Shown piece after piece: positions 60,093 to 64,000 of a stretch of 64,000 nucleotides of DNA. The stretch is from an uncultured candidatus Porisulfidus sp. Its GTDB lineage: Bacteria; Pseudomonadota; Gammaproteobacteria; Poriferisulfidales; Poriferisulfidaceae. Within the stretch, counting starts at the first letter, position 1; every line of letters begins with the position of its first letter. Where the stretch lies: contig OZ220480.1 in the NCBI GenBank assembly GCA_965116025.1, forward strand, positions 992,001 to 1,056,000. Direction: 5' to 3'. The notes below the pieces were generated by a model. That model was not told the origin of the DNA, made no database searches, and saw only the letters and a program-made list of their open reading frames with translations. The position numbers and the translations under genes are program-made.

Positions 60093-60874
60093 GCTTCCCG
60101 CAGAAGCTCGGCCAGTTGGTCACCGGGATCGTCCGCCCGCATCAGGCTTTCGCCGATCAGAAAGGCGTTCACTCCGCAGGCCCGAATTCTGGCGATATCC
60201 CGTGCGGAATTTATGCCGCTTTCCGCGACCAGCATGGCGCTCGCGGGCGCTCGCGGAGCCAACCGGATGGTCGTTTCCAGATTCACCTCGAACGTTCGCA
60301 GATCGCGGTTGTTAATGCCAATCAGCTCCGCGCCTGCGGCCACCGCGCGTTCCAGCTCGTCTTCGTCGTGCGCTTCCACCAGCACGTCCAGCCCATGGGC
60401 CCGGGCGAGCGCGTGGAGCTCCTTGATCTCGTCGTCGGACAGGGCCGCGACGATCAGCAGGATGGCGGCAGCGCCCATAGCGCAACTCTCGTAGATCTGA
60501 TAGGGATCGAGGATGAAGTCCTTGCGCAAGATGGGCAAGGTGGATCCTCTTCTGGCCAGCTCCAGGATCACTCCGGATCCCTTGAAGTAGCGCGCGTCCG
60601 TCAGCACCGACAGGGCGGTTGCGCCGCCGCGCTGGTAACCGCTGGCGATGGCGGTCGGGTCGAAGTTCTCGCGAATCACGCCGCGACTTGGGGAGGCTCT
60701 CTTGATTTCGGCGATGACGGCCGGCTGGCCTCGCTCGATGGCGGCTTGGATCGCGTCGCGAAAGCCGCCGGGCGATGGATTCTCCCGCGCCATCTCCCGA
60801 AATCCCTCCTCCGAGACTTTTTCCTTTCGGCGCGCGATCTCGTCGCGCTTGCGCGCTAGGATCTCATCCAGCAT
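60089..60874 (-). CDS. trpC: Indole-3-glycerol phosphate synthase
   Basis: IAEIKRASPS.G, LSVLTD, LRKDF, GINNRDL, VAESGI. Confidence 0.96.
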   Translation of the reverse strand: MLDEILARKRDEIARRKEKVSEEGFREMARENPSPGGFRDAIQAAIERGQPAVIAEIKRASPSRGVIRENFDPTAIASGYQRGGATALSVLTDARYFKGSGVILELARRGSTLPILRKDFILDPYQIYESCAMGAAAILLIVAALSDDEIKELHALARAHGLDVLVEAHDEDELERAVAAGAELIGINNRDLRTFEVNLETTIRLAPRAPASAMLVAESGINSARDIARIRACGVNAFLIGESLMRADDPGDQLAELLREA

Positions 60875-61906
60875 TCGCGTTGGCCTCCTCCCGCTTCAGG
60901 CGCTGACTGACCCGCGCGAGCTGATCCAGTTTCGCGGTGGCCGAACCATCCTCAAGGAGGGCGCGGGCCCGCCGGACGCCGCAGGCGATGTCCGCGACCC
61001 GTTCGGCGACATGCAGCGCCACTCCAGCGTTTAGGCAGATCAGGTCGGCGGCGGGCGAGGGCTTTCCGGAGAACGCCTCGCGGATCATGGCGAGACTGTC
61101 TTCCGGGGATTCGGCGCGCAATCGAGCGGGGTCCACGGCGGCCATCCCGTATTCTTCCGGATTCAGCGCGTCGAGAGAGATCTCGCCTCGGTCCAGGAGA
61201 GCGAAGTCGGTGGGCGCGTTCAGGGAAAACTCATCCATTCCGTCCCGCGCGCGCGCCACGATGGCGCGCGCGCCGCCCAGTTCCGCCAAGGTTTCCGCGT
61301 AAGGGCGCAACCAGCGGGCGTCGAATAGCCCGATCAGCTGGTGCTTGGCCTCGGCTGGATTGGTTAGGGGTCCCAGCAGGTTGAACAGCGTGCGGGTTCC
61401 GATTTCCTTGCGCGCTGGCGCGGCATGCCGCATGGCCGGATGGTGCGTGGGCGCGAACAGGAAGCCGATACCGGTTTCTTCCACGCAACGTCGCGCCGAA
61501 TCCGGCTTCAGGTCAATGGCGACGCCGGCCGCGGCGAGCGCGTCGGCGCTACCGCTACGGGAGCTGACCGCGCGGTTGCCGTGCTTGGCCACCGTGACTC
61601 CCGCGGCCGCGGCGACCAGGGCCACGGCGGTGGAGACGTTGAACGTCCCCAAGCCATCGCCGCCGGTGCCGCAGGTGTCGAGAATCCGCTCGGCGCCAAC
61701 TTGGATCCGCGTGGAGCAGTCTCGCATGCATCGCGCGGCACCGACGATTTCCGAGACCGCCTCCCCCTTGTCGCGCCAAGCGATCAGCAGGGACTTGAGC
61801 GTTTCCTTCTCGACCTCGCCCATCATGATCAAGCGCATCAACGCCTCCATCTGGTCGGCCTCAAGGTCAATGCCGGCCTGGGCGGCGGCGAGGGCGCGCT
61901 CGGGAG

Positions 61907-61910
<4 letters not shown>
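60864..61910 (-). CDS. trpD: Anthranilate phosphoribosyltransferase
   Basis: [36 protein letters not shown]; start ATG 61910. Confidence 0.95.
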
Positions 61911-62479
<569 letters not shown>

Positions 62480-62494
62480 GATGGCGACTCCGGA

Positions 62495-63970
62495 TTAGCA
62501 GTAGCGGTCCGCGACCTGAAGCAAGGCTTGCGCCTTGTGCATGGTCTCGCGCCATTCCCGCTCCGGGACGGAATCGTAAACGATCCCGGCCCCGGCCTGC
62601 ACATGAATTTGTCCGTCGTGAACGACCGCGGTGCGGATGGCGATCGCGGTGTCGATGTTTCCGTCCCACCCCAGATAGCCAATGGCCCCAGAGTAGAGGC
62701 CGCGGCTGGTCGGCTCCAGCTCGTCGATGATCTCCATGGCGCGAATTTTCGGGGCGCCGCTGACCGTGCCGGCGGGAAAGGTCGCGCGCAGCACGTCCTG
62801 GGCCGAGGCGCCCGGCGACAGCTCGCCTTCCACGTTCGAGACCATGTGCATGACGTGCGAGTAGCGTTCCACCGCCATTCGTTCGGTCAGTTGAACCGTG
62901 CCCGGTCGGCAGATCCGCCCGATGTCGTTGCGGCCCAGATCGATCAGCATCAAATGCTCGGCACGCTCCTTGGGGTCCGCGAGGAGCTCCTCCTCCAGTC
63001 GCCGGTCTTCCTCTTCGGTCTCCCCGCGCCAGCGGGTGCCGGCGATCGGCCGCACCGTGACGGCGTCGCTTTCGCGGCGCGCGAGGATTTCGGGGCTGGA
63101 GCCGACCACCTGCACCGGGCCGAGATTCAGGAAATACATATAAGGCGAGGGATTGAGCGCGTGCAAGCCCCGATACATGCGAAACGGATCGCCTTGGAAG
63201 GGTCGGCTAAGTCGTTGCGAGAGCACGACCTGCATTAGATCCCCCGCGGTGATGTACTCGCGCGCCCTTCGCACCGCTTCCTGAAATCCGGCCTCGGTGA
63301 ACCCGGAGGCGAACGCGGATTTCCGGTTGGGCGTTTCCGTCAGCGGAGCCGAATCCGAGACGCTCTCGACTTGAGCCCGCAGTTCTTCCAGTCGCTGGCG
63401 GCCCGCTTCGTAGGCTTCCGGCGCATCGGCTGGCTGGTTGACGATCAGCAGAATCCGCCCGGTCTGGTTGTCCAGCATGATGAGCTCGGTGGATCGCAAC
63501 AGCCACAAGTCTGGCAGGCCGAGCGAGTCGTCCGGCCGGCTCTCGGCCAAGATCGGCTCGATAGTCCGGATCAGGTCGTACCCGAAATATCCGACGAGCC
63601 CGCCTCCGAAGCGCAGGTCCTCCGGGAGAGGGGCGACTTCGTGGCTACGCAGATAGCCTTCCACGAGAGACAGGGGATCGGAGGTTTCTCGGTCAATTTT
63701 GGTTTCGCCCCGCTCCGAGACGCGAAACCGTCCATTCTGGTACGTCAGCTCCACCGTCGTGGGCAAGCCGATGATCGAGTATCGCCCGGCGCGCGTGTGG
63801 GTCTCGCCGGATTCCAGTAGATAGCTACCCGGTTGGCCCGCCATCGGCGCGTATAACTCCGCCGCCGCGCGCTGGCCCGCGGGCAACGCGGCCATTAGCG
63901 GGATATGCGTGCGGCCCTCGGAACGGTAGCGCTCGAATCGGGCGCGGCTCAGGGTGGGGGAATGATCCAA
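62495..63970 (-). CDS. trpE: Anthranilate synthase component I
   Basis: YLLES, NPSPY, PIAGT, KERAEHLMLIDLGRND, FPAGTVSGAPK. Confidence 0.95.
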   Translation of the reverse strand: MDHSPTLSRARFERYRSEGRTHIPLMAALPAGQRAAAELYAPMAGQPGSYLLESGETHTRAGRYSIIGLPTTVELTYQNGRFRVSERGETKIDRETSDPLSLVEGYLRSHEVAPLPEDLRFGGGLVGYFGYDLIRTIEPILAESRPDDSLGLPDLWLLRSTELIMLDNQTGRILLIVNQPADAPEAYEAGRQRLEELRAQVESVSDSAPLTETPNRKSAFASGFTEAGFQEAVRRAREYITAGDLMQVVLSQRLSRPFQGDPFRMYRGLHALNPSPYMYFLNLGPVQVVGSSPEILARRESDAVTVRPIAGTRWRGETEEEDRRLEEELLADPKERAEHLMLIDLGRNDIGRICRPGTVQLTERMAVERYSHVMHMVSNVEGELSPGASAQDVLRATFPAGTVSGAPKIRAMEIIDELEPTSRGLYSGAIGYLGWDGNIDTAIAIRTAVVHDGQIHVQAGAGIVYDSVPEREWRETMHKAQALLQVADRYC

Positions 63971-64000
63971 CGGCGGAACTCTTCGTTTGGCGTCCGCATT

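Overview
GC-rich chromosomal segment of what looks like a gammaproteobacterium, inferred from gene order: yciB/yciO-trpS-scpAB-rluB, hisBHAFE, tatBC, thiSG-trmB, coaD-rsmD-M16 peptidases, rpoH, trpEGDC. It is mostly housekeeping genes plus one tRNA-Arg(CCG), interrupted by accessory elements. (1) Two paralogous autotransporter genes flank the his cassette as direct repeats; each is frameshifted at a long poly-G tract (G17, G20) inside its signal-peptide coding region. (2) There are three restriction-modification loci. One, an AT-rich endonuclease-methyltransferase-specificity fusion, is split by a third poly-G tract (G22). (3) An SfiI-like R-M pair whose methyltransferase carries an internal HTH lies next to an orphan ParA ATPase coupled to an unknown protein. 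(4) A periplasmic binding protein and TorS-like kinase are wired to an RsbU/RsbW/2xSTAS partner-switching module. (5) An OprO/P-like porin has Cys-bracketed insertion loops. (6) An unannotated ~235-nt transcript carries a 23-aa hydrophobic ORF and two CsrA-type GGA hairpins. The strongest signal is the set of three homopolymer ON/OFF switches, all OFF in this consensus. No CRISPR array, rRNA, integrase or transposase was seen. All product calls come from motif recognition by eye; no database searches were run.
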